64,000 nt of DNA from Candidatus Woesearchaeota archaeon (GCA_964621025.1 CAZUKQ010000001.1:15288-79287), one strand, 5' to 3'; counted from the first letter of the stretch, positions 8,267 to 17,738 are shown. Numbers and translations are program-made. Notes: generated by a model not told the origin, from the sequence alone.

Positions 8267-8776
8267 ATGGTAAACAAACTAAAAAATGGACTTTTAGGAA
8301 TTATCTTAGCGGGAAGTTTAGCTGGTTGCGATATTACTCCTTCAAGAATGGAATACTCTACCGTTCTTCATGAGGACACGGTGGTTAGTAAAAATTTTAT
8401 TCCTTCAAGAAAAGAAACTTCTTCTAGCCCCTCTGTAAGTCCTACACTTGTTAAAATGGGTTCTATGGGGATTGGTGTGAATGGTGGTATGGGTATTTGT
8501 GTTGGTGGTTTTGTTTTCAGTTCTGACGAAGAAGAATATGATACTCCTGAATTATATGATATTTCTTTTAAGGGGAAAAAGACTGTGTTTTCTTTTAGAG
8601 GAGCTGGAGAATCTGATAAGAGATTATATGCTCGATTTGAAGAGGGGCAAATTGTTAAGGTAGATTATAAAGAAAAATATGAGGTTACTTCTTTAGGTAG
8701 AAGCAAAATAGACAATCAAGAGATTATGACTACTAACTTTGTAGAGTTTGTTTTCCTAAATGCCGAGGCTAAATAA
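8267..8776 (+). CDS. lipobox lipoprotein with glycine-zipper segment
   Basis: N-terminus MVNKLKNGLLGIILAGSLAGC carries an L-A-G-C lipobox. GIGVNGGMGICVGGFVF is a glycine zipper. Confidence 0.6.
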   Translation: MVNKLKNGLLGIILAGSLAGCDITPSRMEYSTVLHEDTVVSKNFIPSRKETSSSPSVSPTLVKMGSMGIGVNGGMGICVGGFVFSSDEEEYDTPELYDISFKGKKTVFSFRGAGESDKRLYARFEEGQIVKVDYKEKYEVTSLGRSKIDNQEIMTTNFVEFVFLNAEAK

Positions 8777-8777
8777 A

Positions 8778-9083
8778 ATGACAAAAACGTTAACAACAAC
8801 ATTAAAGAACGTAGGAATTTGCCTTAATGAAAATTGTGTAGGTATTCTTGGAGGACTAGCTTTGGGAACTCTCGACAGTTTAGGAGAACTAGATAACTTT
8901 CAAAGATATGCTAATCTTGGAATTGTTACGGTCGCAAGTACAGCACAAAGAGCAGATAGTCCTAGAATTGTGAAGGAGAAATGTAATGACGGATTGGCTA
9001 ACCTTGAAACTCTTCCGTTACTTGCTGTATCCTATGGATTTGCTAGAGGCGTAACTGAAATTGTAAAAAGATACGCTCTTTAA
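8778..9083 (+). CDS. hypothetical protein (~101 aa)
   Basis: The ORF track gives 8760. ATG 8778 follows the upstream stop directly, so it is preferred. Confidence 0.4.
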   Translation: MTKTLTTTLKNVGICLNENCVGILGGLALGTLDSLGELDNFQRYANLGIVTVASTAQRADSPRIVKEKCNDGLANLETLPLLAVSYGFARGVTEIVKRYAL

Positions 9084-9189
9084 ACAATAAAATTACTTTT
9101 ATTTTTTTAATTAAATTTATAAACCCTTAATACTTAAATAATTTATATTAGAGATAAGAAATACTACATTTCTGTTTGCTAGGTGATTT

Positions 9190-10779
9190 ATGAACAAAGA
9201 AAAACACACTGAAAAAAAGTTTACGAAACCCGCAATGGTTTCTATAGACAAAATTGACAATTCGCTTATTCGTAAGTTCGTTACCGTTAGCGGTTTAATC
9301 GAAAAAGTTATGCAAACTGGCGGACCAACTGTCTTTGGCTTGTCTGACGGAACTGGAAACTTATCTTTGAAAGGTTTTATCGCTCCAGGCGAAAGAGCTT
9401 ACCCGCACATTAACGAAGGCGCTTTGATTGAAGCAACTGTAAAGATTGATGAATTCAACGGCGAGATTGAAGGAAACATTGAAAGAATTTCACAGTTAGT
9501 TGGTAAAGATGAAAAAGATTTACTAGATAAGATTGTTAGAAAACAAAGAGAAAGAGCAAAAGTAAAACAAGAACACTTTATGGTTGACAATAAAATTTTA
9601 GAAAAATTAAAACCAAGAATTTTAAGAGCTGCTGAAGAAATTAGACTGGCAGTTATACAAAGCAGACCAATTATTGTAAGACACCACAATGACACCGACG
9701 GGTATTCTGCTGGTTTCGCTTTGGAAAGAGCAATTTTACCTTTAATTGAAAAACAACATGTTGGACCAAAAGCTGCTTGGGAATATTTCACTAGAGCTCC
9801 TTGTATGGCTCCTTTCTACGAAATTGATGATTCTATAAAAGACACAGCAAACTCTTTGAGAAATGTTGCAAAATTCTCGAACAAAATGCCTTTGATTATC
9901 ATTACAGATAATGGTTCAACACAGGAAGATTTAATGGCAATTAAACAGGGAAGAATTCATGGTTCTGATTTTATTGTTATTGACCATCATGGATTTGAAG
10001 AAGATGTAATTTCGGCTGAAACTTTGGTTCATATTAATCCTTTCTTAGTTGAAGAATCTGGATCTAGTTATTCTGCAGGAATGTTATGTGCAGAAATTGC
10101 AAGATTTATTAATGAAAATGTAAAAAACATGGAACAGATTCCTGCTTTGACTGGTTTGTCTGATAGAATTGACTTGGAAAATCCTACTACTGTAAAAGAA
10201 TACATCAAAATTGCTGAAAAATTAGGTTATACTGAAGAACTTTTGAAAGATATCGCTCTTGTTATCGAATACGTTTCAACTAAGGTAAGATTTATGGAAG
10301 TTAGAGAATATATCGAAGTTTTATTCGGAGAACCAAGACATAAACAAAAAGCTTTGGTAAGTTTATTAGCACCGTATATTAGAGAACTTGATAGAAAAGG
10401 ATTGGAAATTGGAAAGGCCGGTGCCGTTGTAGAAAAAATTAAAGGCGTTACATTACAAATTGTTCCTATTGAACAAACTTTCCCAGGATTTGGATTTTTC
10501 CCTAAACCAGGAAGAGCAGTTAGTTTATTACATGATAATTTACAAAAAGAAAAAGGCGTTACAAAATTAGTTTCAGCAGGAGTTATGAACACGGCTATAA
10601 CTTTCAGAGCAACTGACGACGCTAATTTCTCAATGCATGAATTGATTGACTTATTAAAGAAAAGATTACCTAACGCTTTTGTTGAAGGCGGCGGACATAA
10701 GAATGCAGGTGCAATTAATTATATTCCAAAAATGAAAGAAGAAGTTTTCGAAGTTGTGAAAGAGTATATTGGAAGATAG
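9190..10779 (+). CDS. RecJ-like DHH-family phosphoesterase with N-terminal OB fold (HAN/RecJ2-like)
   Basis: N-terminal OB-like segment, HHNDTDGYSAG (DHH motifs I-II), VIDHHG (DHH), C-terminal GGGHKNAG (DHHA1). AGGTGAT SD lies 3 nt before the ATG. Confidence 0.75.
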   Translation: MNKEKHTEKKFTKPAMVSIDKIDNSLIRKFVTVSGLIEKVMQTGGPTVFGLSDGTGNLSLKGFIAPGERAYPHINEGALIEATVKIDEFNGEIEGNIERISQLVGKDEKDLLDKIVRKQRERAKVKQEHFMVDNKILEKLKPRILRAAEEIRLAVIQSRPIIVRHHNDTDGYSAGFALERAILPLIEKQHVGPKAAWEYFTRAPCMAPFYEIDDSIKDTANSLRNVAKFSNKMPLIIITDNGSTQEDLMAIKQGRIHGSDFIVIDHHGFEEDVISAETLVHINPFLVEESGSSYSAGMLCAEIARFINENVKNMEQIPALTGLSDRIDLENPTTVKEYIKIAEKLGYTEELLKDIALVIEYVSTKVRFMEVREYIEVLFGEPRHKQKALVSLLAPYIRELDRKGLEIGKAGAVVEKIKGVTLQIVPIEQTFPGFGFFPKPGRAVSLLHDNLQKEKGVTKLVSAGVMNTAITFRATDDANFSMHELIDLLKKRLPNAFVEGGGHKNAGAINYIPKMKEEVFEVVKEYIGR

Positions 10780-10809
10780 ATTTTTATAGATGTTTTAGCT
10801 TGATTATTC

Positions 10810-11232
10810 ATGGTTAACTTAAAAGAGGTTTTGAAGAAGGATCATATTAGACTGATTGACTTACTTGATAAATTTCTAAATACGCGTTCTGAAAATAATT
10901 TGATTATTTTTTTAAATAACGCTGAAAGACATCTGGCTATTGAAAATGAATGGATTTACAAATTAGGAAATATCGACGAATTGAAGGATATTAATTTGAA
11001 AATATTAGACGACCATAAAAGATTCTCTAAAATTTTGACAAAAGCAAGAGCAACTGATTTATTTGATTTAGACATCTCTATCTTGAGAGAGTTGCGAGAA
11101 CCATTTATGAAACATAATAATTTTGAAGATGTTAAGTTTTATCCAGTACTTGAAATGAAACTGAATGAGAGCGATAAAAACGAATTGATTGATGAAGTAA
11201 AGAATGAAATTGACTTTGCTATTTCTGATTAA
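10810..11232 (+). CDS. hypothetical helical protein (possibly hemerythrin-like)
   Basis: ORF track. The spaced His/Glu pattern is only suggestive. Confidence 0.4.
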   Translation: MVNLKEVLKKDHIRLIDLLDKFLNTRSENNLIIFLNNAERHLAIENEWIYKLGNIDELKDINLKILDDHKRFSKILTKARATDLFDLDISILRELREPFMKHNNFEDVKFYPVLEMKLNESDKNELIDEVKNEIDFAISD

Positions 11233-11549
11233 TCCATATTTTCTAATCTTTTTTCTAGCTTACTTTCAAATCTTGCTAATTCTTCTGGATTCTTTGGAGG
11301 TTCTGTATGTGTATCTGTATCCTCGCAATAGTCTTTGTAACTAGCCAATCTTTCTTCTGCGGGTTCTTTTTTTATTGTGAGATAAAGCCCCGCTAGATGC
11401 TCTCTTTCTTCTCTAATAGTCCTCAAAAGTTTAGCTTTCATATTATTCTTTATATAAGACACAGCAACATAAGAGTAACTAATTACAGCCCCTACTCCTC
11501 TAATAGTTGCTCTTAGTGCATTCGGTGTGATAAAATAATCTTCTAGCAT
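11229..11549 (-). CDS. hypothetical protein (106 aa)
   Basis: ORF track. Lies 4 nt downstream of the MutS-like gene on the same strand. Confidence 0.45.
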   Translation of the reverse strand: MLEDYFITPNALRATIRGVGAVISYSYVAVSYIKNNMKAKLLRTIREEREHLAGLYLTIKKEPAEERLASYKDYCEDTDTHTEPPKNPEELARFESKLEKRLENMD

Positions 11550-11553
11550 GTGA

Positions 11554-13278
11554 TTAAAATTTCTCCTTCAAACTTTTATTTAAATGTTTAAAATACTCGG
11601 AGTTATTTGAATTTGCCATTTTCTCGACGATTAATTCGGGTGTTGAATGCGCAAGTCTTCCAAGAACTGGGTTGTGGTCCACAATTAAATTAAACTGTTC
11701 GTCTAATCCTTTTGCTTCAATTCCGTCTATTCTTGCTTTTGTTGGTAGAACTTTTTGAATTTCATGACCAAGATGTGTTGCAATAACTAGAAAGCAATTT
11801 CTGTTTAAGAAGTAGTCTGAAGTAGAAGCTATTATTTTTCCTGCTACACCTGGTTCTGTTACTGCCTCTATTTCGTCAGCTAAAATTAATGTTTGATTTC
11901 CAGGTTTTATCGTCGCCATTTGCGTTAATAGATTTTCGAATGCGCCTTTATTTGCTGCACCCTTGTTTTTTGCAAAATAATAAACATCTGTGAAAAGGGG
12001 TGTAGTAAACTTTCCGCTCACCGGCAACCCTACTTGAAATAAACTAATTAATTGAATCATATGTTCTAACAAGGTCGTCTTTCCTCCGCTATTCGCTCCG
12101 GTTAAAATTGAACATTTATAGTTGTTGCCAAGATTAAAATTAATTGGCTGTGCTTTTGTTAAGAAATAATTTTTAGAATTTTCTAGTCTGATTTCCTCTG
12201 ATAATACTGGATAACTTTCTGTGTTTTTGATGTATTCTGAAACTCCTCCGAAAAAGTCTGAAACTAGAAGTAGAGAAGAAAGCCGTTTTAATTTTTTAGG
12301 AATTGATTTGATTATTTCTGCTCTTGTCTTTACTTCTTCTGCAATGTCTGTGAATTCATTTGCACTTTGTCTTTTTATTAAATCTTCAAGCTCTTTCTCG
12401 TCTACAGAAACTGGAATTGAGATATTATAGATATGTGAAGGAATTTTATTTTCTTCAATTGTATCGTTAATTATTTTTTTGAAATCATCTGGCAGTTTTC
12501 CTTCACTCATTATTTTTATTAAATGTGTTCCGGAAATTGTCATATCTTTCAGTTTTTCTTCAATTGCTTTGTTAATTTCTTCCAAAGTCTTTTCAACTTC
12601 TTCTCTTGTGATAATTTTTGAAAATTGTTTGTTAATTAATGGAAACAATGTTGTAAGTTCACTTGATATTTTTTTTATTTCTTCATCTTGACTGTTTTGA
12701 TTTATTATCTCTAGATTTTCAACCCACCCAGAAAGTTCTTCTAAATATCTTTCAAGATAAACATTGTCAATATCTTTTATGAAGACTGTTTGAGGTAAAC
12801 TTTCCAAAGCTCTTTGAAAAAGGTCGCAATCAATAACTTGAATTATATCATATCTATCTAAATCAGACAGGTCGTTTTCGGTACATAAAAGTTTTGCAGT
12901 GCAATCTAATTCATTTAATTTTACGAAAGTTGATTCGTCTTCCGTTACAACGGCGATTTCATATTTAGGAGACCAGTTTGGTCTTGGTTTATTTATTTTT
13001 TTTAGGAATTGGTTTGAACCAACTGATTGAAGTTTCTTGAAAAATTCTTGTCTTTTCTTTATTTCGTTTATGTCGCTTGAGAAAGGTAGGCAGTTCCAGA
13101 GATTTGAGCTGTCTGCGAAATGAAAGTTAGAAGAAATTTGTGTTAAAAGTTTTGTGTGAACCGATTTTCCATCTTTTGTTTTGTAAATTGAATTTTGAGT
13201 TATGCCCAGTGGCTGTTTTGATTTGTTAAACGGTGACAGACCATTCGATTCTATAAATTTGCAGTATATCTCTTTCAT
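11554..13278 (-). CDS. MutS-family ATPase (domain V only, archaeal MutS-like, no Smr)
   Basis: Walker A TGANSGGKTTLLEH, Walker B LILADEIEAVTEP and THLGHE in the C-terminal third. Confidence 0.75.
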   Translation of the reverse strand: MKEIYCKFIESNGLSPFNKSKQPLGITQNSIYKTKDGKSVHTKLLTQISSNFHFADSSNLWNCLPFSSDINEIKKRQEFFKKLQSVGSNQFLKKINKPRPNWSPKYEIAVVTEDESTFVKLNELDCTAKLLCTENDLSDLDRYDIIQVIDCDLFQRALESLPQTVFIKDIDNVYLERYLEELSGWVENLEIINQNSQDEEIKKISSELTTLFPLINKQFSKIITREEVEKTLEEINKAIEEKLKDMTISGTHLIKIMSEGKLPDDFKKIINDTIEENKIPSHIYNISIPVSVDEKELEDLIKRQSANEFTDIAEEVKTRAEIIKSIPKKLKRLSSLLLVSDFFGGVSEYIKNTESYPVLSEEIRLENSKNYFLTKAQPINFNLGNNYKCSILTGANSGGKTTLLEHMIQLISLFQVGLPVSGKFTTPLFTDVYYFAKNKGAANKGAFENLLTQMATIKPGNQTLILADEIEAVTEPGVAGKIIASTSDYFLNRNCFLVIATHLGHEIQKVLPTKARIDGIEAKGLDEQFNLIVDHNPVLGRLAHSTPELIVEKMANSNNSEYFKHLNKSLKEKF

Positions 13279-13358
13279 AGTTTGAGCTATCCCCAGAGGT
13301 TTAAAATGTTTTATGTTGTCTAGAGGATATTTTTAAAGATTGAAATCTTGATTTTTTG

Positions 13359-13610
13359 ATGGGTGATAAAACTTGGAAGGTCTATATTCTTGAATGTCTT
13401 GATGGTTCGTTTTATACTGGTGTGACTAATGACTTGGATAAGAGGATGGAAGTTCATAAGTCTGGGAAGGGAAGTAAGTATGTGAAAAGTCATGGTTTTA
13501 GCCATTTGATGGCGTTCAAGGAGTGCGAAGACAAGTCGGATGCCTGTAAATGCGAGTATTTTATCAAAACGCTTCCAAAATGGGAGAAGTTGGACTGGTT
13601 TAGGGGTTAG
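13359..13610 (+). CDS. GIY-YIG nuclease family protein
   Basis: WKVYILECLDGSFYTGVTNDLDKRMEVHKSG matches the GIY-YIG/URI motif. Start at ATG 13359, with TTTTAAAG 28 nt upstream. The ORF track uses TTG 13356. Confidence 0.8.
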   Translation: MGDKTWKVYILECLDGSFYTGVTNDLDKRMEVHKSGKGSKYVKSHGFSHLMAFKECEDKSDACKCEYFIKTLPKWEKLDWFRG

Positions 13611-13691
13611 TTTTGAGTCAAAAGTGTTTACATAGCTTTAAAAGCGGTCAAATATTGTTTTATTTATGATAAATTGTAAGGAGGACAGAAA

Positions 13692-14027
13692 ATGAAGTTA
13701 TACGTAGGTAACCTACCGTTTAGTGTTGATGACAAGAAATTGAAAGAACTATTCGCAGCATACAATGTTGCTGAAGCAGCTCTTATCATAGATAAGTTTT
13801 CAGGCAGATCAAAGGGCTTCGGTTTCGTAACAATCACAGATGATGAAGTTGCAAACAAAGCTATTTCAGAAATGAATAATAAAGACGTTGAAGGCAGAGA
13901 GCTTAAAGTTTCAGAAGCAAAACCAATGGAAGATAGACCACCTAGAAGAGATTTCGGCGGACGTGATTCGAGAGGACCACCAAGAAGAGATTTCAACAGA
14001 GGCGGACCTAGAAGAGACAGATATTAG
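13692..14027 (+). CDS. RRM-type RNA-binding protein with RGG/PRRD-repeat tail
   Basis: RNP-2 LYVGNL and RNP-1 KGFGFVTI. C-terminal PPRRDFGGRDSRGPPRRDFNRGGPRRDRY. AAGGAGG SD lies 7 nt before the ATG. Confidence 0.85.
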   Translation: MKLYVGNLPFSVDDKKLKELFAAYNVAEAALIIDKFSGRSKGFGFVTITDDEVANKAISEMNNKDVEGRELKVSEAKPMEDRPPRRDFGGRDSRGPPRRDFNRGGPRRDRY

Positions 14028-14051
14028 TTTTGTTTAGGACGACTTAGTCAA

Positions 14052-14067
14052 TTTTTATTTTTTTATT
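14052..14067. terminator. oligo-T tract between convergent genes
   Basis: TTTTTATTTTTTTATT lies between the RRM gene (+) and panD (-). Archaeal terminators are typically T-runs. Confidence 0.4.
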
Positions 14068-14103
14068 CACATTTTGTGATGTTTGTATGTTGAGAGAGAA
14101 AGT

Positions 14104-14445
14104 TTAGAGGTTTCTTAGAAATCTATTATTTTTATCAACCAAGATTTTCTTGGCTTTTATTGGTTTATCGGAGAATTCGAATCCCATTATAGTTATTTCG
14201 TCGCCTTTTTTTATCAAATGTGCTGCGGCTCCGTTCATGCAAATTATTCCAGAATCTTTTTCGCCTACAATTACATAGGTTTCTAATCTTGCGCCGTTTG
14301 TTGCATCTACAACTAGAACTTTCTGGCCTTCCCACAAATCAACTAATTCTAGAAGAACTTTATCAATTGTAATGCTCCCTGTGTAAGCCAAGTTCGCGTC
14401 GGTCACAGTTGCCTTGTGTATTTTAGAACTTAATATTTCTCTCAT
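14104..14445 (-). CDS. panD: aspartate 1-decarboxylase, pyruvoyl-dependent
   Basis: KIHKATVTDANLAYTGSITID (Gly-Ser self-cleavage site), NGARLETY and NGAAAH align with bacterial PanD. Confidence 0.85.
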   Translation of the reverse strand: MREILSSKIHKATVTDANLAYTGSITIDKVLLELVDLWEGQKVLVVDATNGARLETYVIVGEKDSGIICMNGAAAHLIKKGDEITIMGFEFSDKPIKAKKILVDKNNRFLRNL

Positions 14446-14479
14446 GAATTGTAGAAGTGGTTGAAAGATTTAAATTTAA

Positions 14480-15943
14480 CTACTTCTCAACTTTCGTAAA
14501 CAAATGCTCACCCTTTTTGATTTCTACTGTTTCATCTAAATCTTTCTTAAATTCTTCTAAAGTGAATTCATAATTCCCGAAGTCTTTTGAAATCTTTTCA
14601 CAGGTTGATGGAATGAAAGGATGTAACAATATTGAGATTTTCTTTATAGCATTAGCCAACTCGTAAAGAACTTTCTTATCTTTTGTTTCCCAAGGTTTTT
14701 TCTCTGAGATGTATTCGTTGTTTTTGTCAACGAAAGAAAAAATTTCAGTTAGGGCTTTGTCAACTTCGTACTTTTCAAAATGTTCTTCTATTTTCTTTAC
14801 GTTCAAACTCTTGGAAAGTTTTCCGTCTGATTTTTCTAGACCATACTTTTCTGTCAAGGCTGAAACTCTGGAAACGAGATTTCCTAGTTTACTCATCAAT
14901 TCATTATTGTGTCTGTCAATTAGAGCAGCTTCTGAAAAGTCACCGTCGTTTCCTTCAGCAAATGCGAAACTTCTAGCCACATAATATCTAACTGAATCTG
15001 CTCCATATTTTTCTGCCAAGGTTATTGGAGAAATTGCGTTTCCTAATGACTTTGAAATCTTTTGTCCATTGAAACTTAAAAATCCATGAATAAAAACTGT
15101 TTCTGGCAATTTATAACCTGCTGATTTCAAAAATGCTGGCCAGTACACTGCATGGAACCATCCATTATCTTTTCCAAGAAGATGAACCGAAGCTGGCCAA
15201 TATTCTTGGTTCTTTCCAGCACCAGATAAATAGTTGAAAAGAGCATCGAACCAAACGTAAGTAATATGTTTTTTATCTAATGGAAATGGAATTCCCCAAT
15301 CAAAACTTGTTCTTGAAATTGATAAATCTTTCAAACCTTCTTTCACTCTATTTACCATTTCATTTTTTCTTTCCACTGGCAAAATAAAATTCTTTTGTTT
15401 GTACATTTCCAAAAGGAAATCTTGATATTTGCTTAATTTAAAAAAATAAGATTCTTCTTTTATTACTTCCAAAGGTCTATTGTGAAGAGGGCATTTGCCG
15501 TCGACTAAATCTTTTTCAGTGTAATAAGCTTCGCAACCCACACAGTACAATCCCTCATAAGTTCCTTTGTAAATATCGCCGTTATCAGAACATTTCTTTA
15601 TTACTTCTTGAACGAGTTTCTCATGGTCTTTGTCTGTTGTTCGGATAAATCGGTCATAATCAATATTCAATGCTTTCCAAGCAGTTTTAAATTTCTCAGC
15701 GTTTTCATCGACAAATTGTTTTGGTTTTTTACCTGCTTTTTCTGCAGTCTCTTGGATTTTCTTTCCGTGTTCATCTGTTCCCGTTAATAAAAAAACATCA
15801 TCTCCGATAAGCTTGTGCCATCTTGCGAGTATGTCTGCCACTACTTTTTGATAAGCGTGACCTATGTGTGGTTCTGCGTTTGGATAGTCTATTGCAGTTG
15901 TCACAAAGAACTTCTTCTGTTGTATTTTTGCTTTTTTTACCAT
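14480..15943 (-). CDS. metG: methionyl-tRNA synthetase (core only, no C-terminal domain)
   Basis: PHIGHAY (HIGH), KISKSLGN (KMSKS) and a CxxC...C zinc knuckle (CVGCEAYY..GKCPLH). Confidence 0.9.
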   Translation of the reverse strand: MVKKAKIQQKKFFVTTAIDYPNAEPHIGHAYQKVVADILARWHKLIGDDVFLLTGTDEHGKKIQETAEKAGKKPKQFVDENAEKFKTAWKALNIDYDRFIRTTDKDHEKLVQEVIKKCSDNGDIYKGTYEGLYCVGCEAYYTEKDLVDGKCPLHNRPLEVIKEESYFFKLSKYQDFLLEMYKQKNFILPVERKNEMVNRVKEGLKDLSISRTSFDWGIPFPLDKKHITYVWFDALFNYLSGAGKNQEYWPASVHLLGKDNGWFHAVYWPAFLKSAGYKLPETVFIHGFLSFNGQKISKSLGNAISPITLAEKYGADSVRYYVARSFAFAEGNDGDFSEAALIDRHNNELMSKLGNLVSRVSALTEKYGLEKSDGKLSKSLNVKKIEEHFEKYEVDKALTEIFSFVDKNNEYISEKKPWETKDKKVLYELANAIKKISILLHPFIPSTCEKISKDFGNYEFTLEEFKKDLDETVEIKKGEHLFTKVEK

Positions 15944-16000
15944 ATTTAGAACTAGTTGAGATGTTATTTAAGATTATTGGATGGCTAAATTTGAATAAAT

Positions 16001-17092
16001 TTACTTAGACTTTTTTAGAAGCTTACTCAAGTCTGTATCGTTCTTCAAAACACATTTATCAACATCTTTTTCAGTAATACTTTTTTCTCTTGTCTGAAAA
16101 TCTTTAATAAATTCCACTAATTTATCTTGAAATAACTTCTTCATTTCACCACTTAGAATTTCTCCTTCTCTATATTTTTTCTCTAAAGCTTCTGCTTCTT
16201 TTTCCGTTAAAAAGAAAGCTTTCAAATAATTAAAAGACATGTCTACATCAGGATTTCCACCTAACTTTCTATGTTCTTCCACTGTTTGTTGGCCACCAGA
16301 TAGTGCTTTATTGATTCTGTTTTTTATTGTCTTTTCATCGTCGTGCAAAAAAATTGCATTATTTCTTGACTTAGACATCTTTTCTCCGTCTAAACCTGAC
16401 AAAAATCTTAAATGAATAACTGAGGGTTTATTGTAGTTCATTCTTCCGGCAATGTCTCTGCAAATTCTTAAATGAGCATCTTCATCTGGTCCAATTGGAA
16501 CAAGGATATTTTTAATTCCAAATTTTTCCTGAGGAAACAAAATATGTGCTGATTGAATAGTCGGGTAAAAATGTAGTCCTATATTGTTATCTGGTGAATA
16601 ACCATAAGAAGCTTTTATCTCGGAGTAATTTATTTTTTTAGAAAGTTTTATTGCAAAGTTGTAGATGTTAGTGTATATTTGATCAATAATAAAAAAAGTG
16701 TTTTTTGGATCAAAACCATAAGCTAAAAATTGTTTTGCTAATTCTTTTGAAAACTGTAACGCTTGTTCTTGTGTTTCTACTTTTCCTGCAACATAACTTT
16801 CATCGTCGGAAATTGGAACAAAAACAGGAACGCCATACTTCTTTTGAAAGTATAGATTTGTGTCAAAAACAACCTTATGGCCTAGATGTAAGGTTCCTGA
16901 AGCATTTGCACCTGAAACAATTGCGCAAGGTTCTCCTTTTTTTAATGCTTTAAAAAATTTATCAAAATCTCTATGAGAATATATCAAACCTTTTTGAAAA
17001 GTATAACAGTCGGGAATATCTTTTAATTCAGAAGCACGGCTAGCTCCAAAGGATTTTACAAGCTTTTCGTTATCTTCTAATAAATTTTCCAT
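16001..17092 (-). CDS. trpS: tryptophanyl-tRNA synthetase (archaeal/eukaryotic type)
   Basis: YSHRDFDK, GANASGTLHLGH, ISDDESY and KMSKS. The ~363 aa size fits TrpRS rather than TyrRS. Confidence 0.85.
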   Translation of the reverse strand: MENLLEDNEKLVKSFGASRASELKDIPDCYTFQKGLIYSHRDFDKFFKALKKGEPCAIVSGANASGTLHLGHKVVFDTNLYFQKKYGVPVFVPISDDESYVAGKVETQEQALQFSKELAKQFLAYGFDPKNTFFIIDQIYTNIYNFAIKLSKKINYSEIKASYGYSPDNNIGLHFYPTIQSAHILFPQEKFGIKNILVPIGPDEDAHLRICRDIAGRMNYNKPSVIHLRFLSGLDGEKMSKSRNNAIFLHDDEKTIKNRINKALSGGQQTVEEHRKLGGNPDVDMSFNYLKAFFLTEKEAEALEKKYREGEILSGEMKKLFQDKLVEFIKDFQTREKSITEKDVDKCVLKNDTDLSKLLKKSK

Positions 17093-17112
17093 AGAATAAT
17101 CACCGTTAATAA

Positions 17113-17120
17113 GTTTATAA
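17113..17120 (-). promoter_or_regulatory. TATA box (TTATAAAC on minus strand), starts 28 nt upstream of trpS ATG 17092
   Basis: Fits the -28 TATA rule. Confidence 0.6.
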
Positions 17121-17162
17121 ATGTTTTAATCAGCAGATATGTCTGCTCTGTTGTAATTTTAT

Positions 17163-17738
17163 TTAGTTCTGGCTAATTCTTCCTAGTAGTTGAGGTGTAT
17201 CACTCTTATGTTTTCCAGAGATTAATCTTAAATTTGTGTATCCTCTTTCTGCCATCTTTTCCAAAAATCTCTTATCAATTAAAGTTTTCTTTCCTTGAAC
17301 ATTTTGAATAAACTTCTCCCAATTCTGATAGCAAACTTCTGTTCCATGAAAATGATAACCTCCTTCAGTTTTTACTAAATAAACATCTTGTCTGCCAGGA
17401 AAATAACTTGCGACTTCTTCTATAATGTCTAGAAATTCTAGAGGGTTTTTTATTTTTTTATCTAACTCTAATTGAGGTATCTGCGCTTTTTGACCGTTAT
17501 TTAAGGTCACTAGTGAAGTCAGACCAATCAGGTCTGTTGATTTAGTTTTTTGTTGTTTAACACTACCTCTTGAAAATTCATCTAGTGGAAATTCAAATAC
17601 TCTTGCATCTCTAATGTCTTCATAAGACCATAACCTATGTGAATATTCTCTTAAATTTATTTTATTAATACCTCTCAAGGTATAATCTTCTTTTAAAACA
17701 GAAATTAGGTCCTGGCCTTTTAGTGTTTCAAATATCAT
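17163..17738 (-). CDS. hypothetical protein (191 aa) with an AEP primase-polymerase-like motif pattern
   Basis: ELD (91-93), GGYHFHG (126-132), D155 and NLRLISGK (169-176). See findings. Family not confirmed. Confidence 0.5.
   Translation of the reverse strand: MIFETLKGQDLISVLKEDYTLRGINKINLREYSHRLWSYEDIRDARVFEFPLDEFSRGSVKQQKTKSTDLIGLTSLVTLNNGQKAQIPQLELDKKIKNPLEFLDIIEEVASYFPGRQDVYLVKTEGGYHFHGTEVCYQNWEKFIQNVQGKKTLIDKRFLEKMAERGYTNLRLISGKHKSDTPQLLGRISQN

Noticed and set aside
13664-13996. 110-aa minus-strand ORF antisense to the RRM gene
   Set aside because: It lies fully inside a gene with clear RNP-1/RNP-2 motifs, and its product is an S/L-rich low-complexity mirror.
17132-17147. Hairpin AGCAGA-TATG-TCTGCT between the 17163 gene and trpS, considered as a terminator
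   Set aside because: It has only a 6-bp stem in an AT-rich spacer and no flanking T-run on the relevant strand. That is too weak to call.
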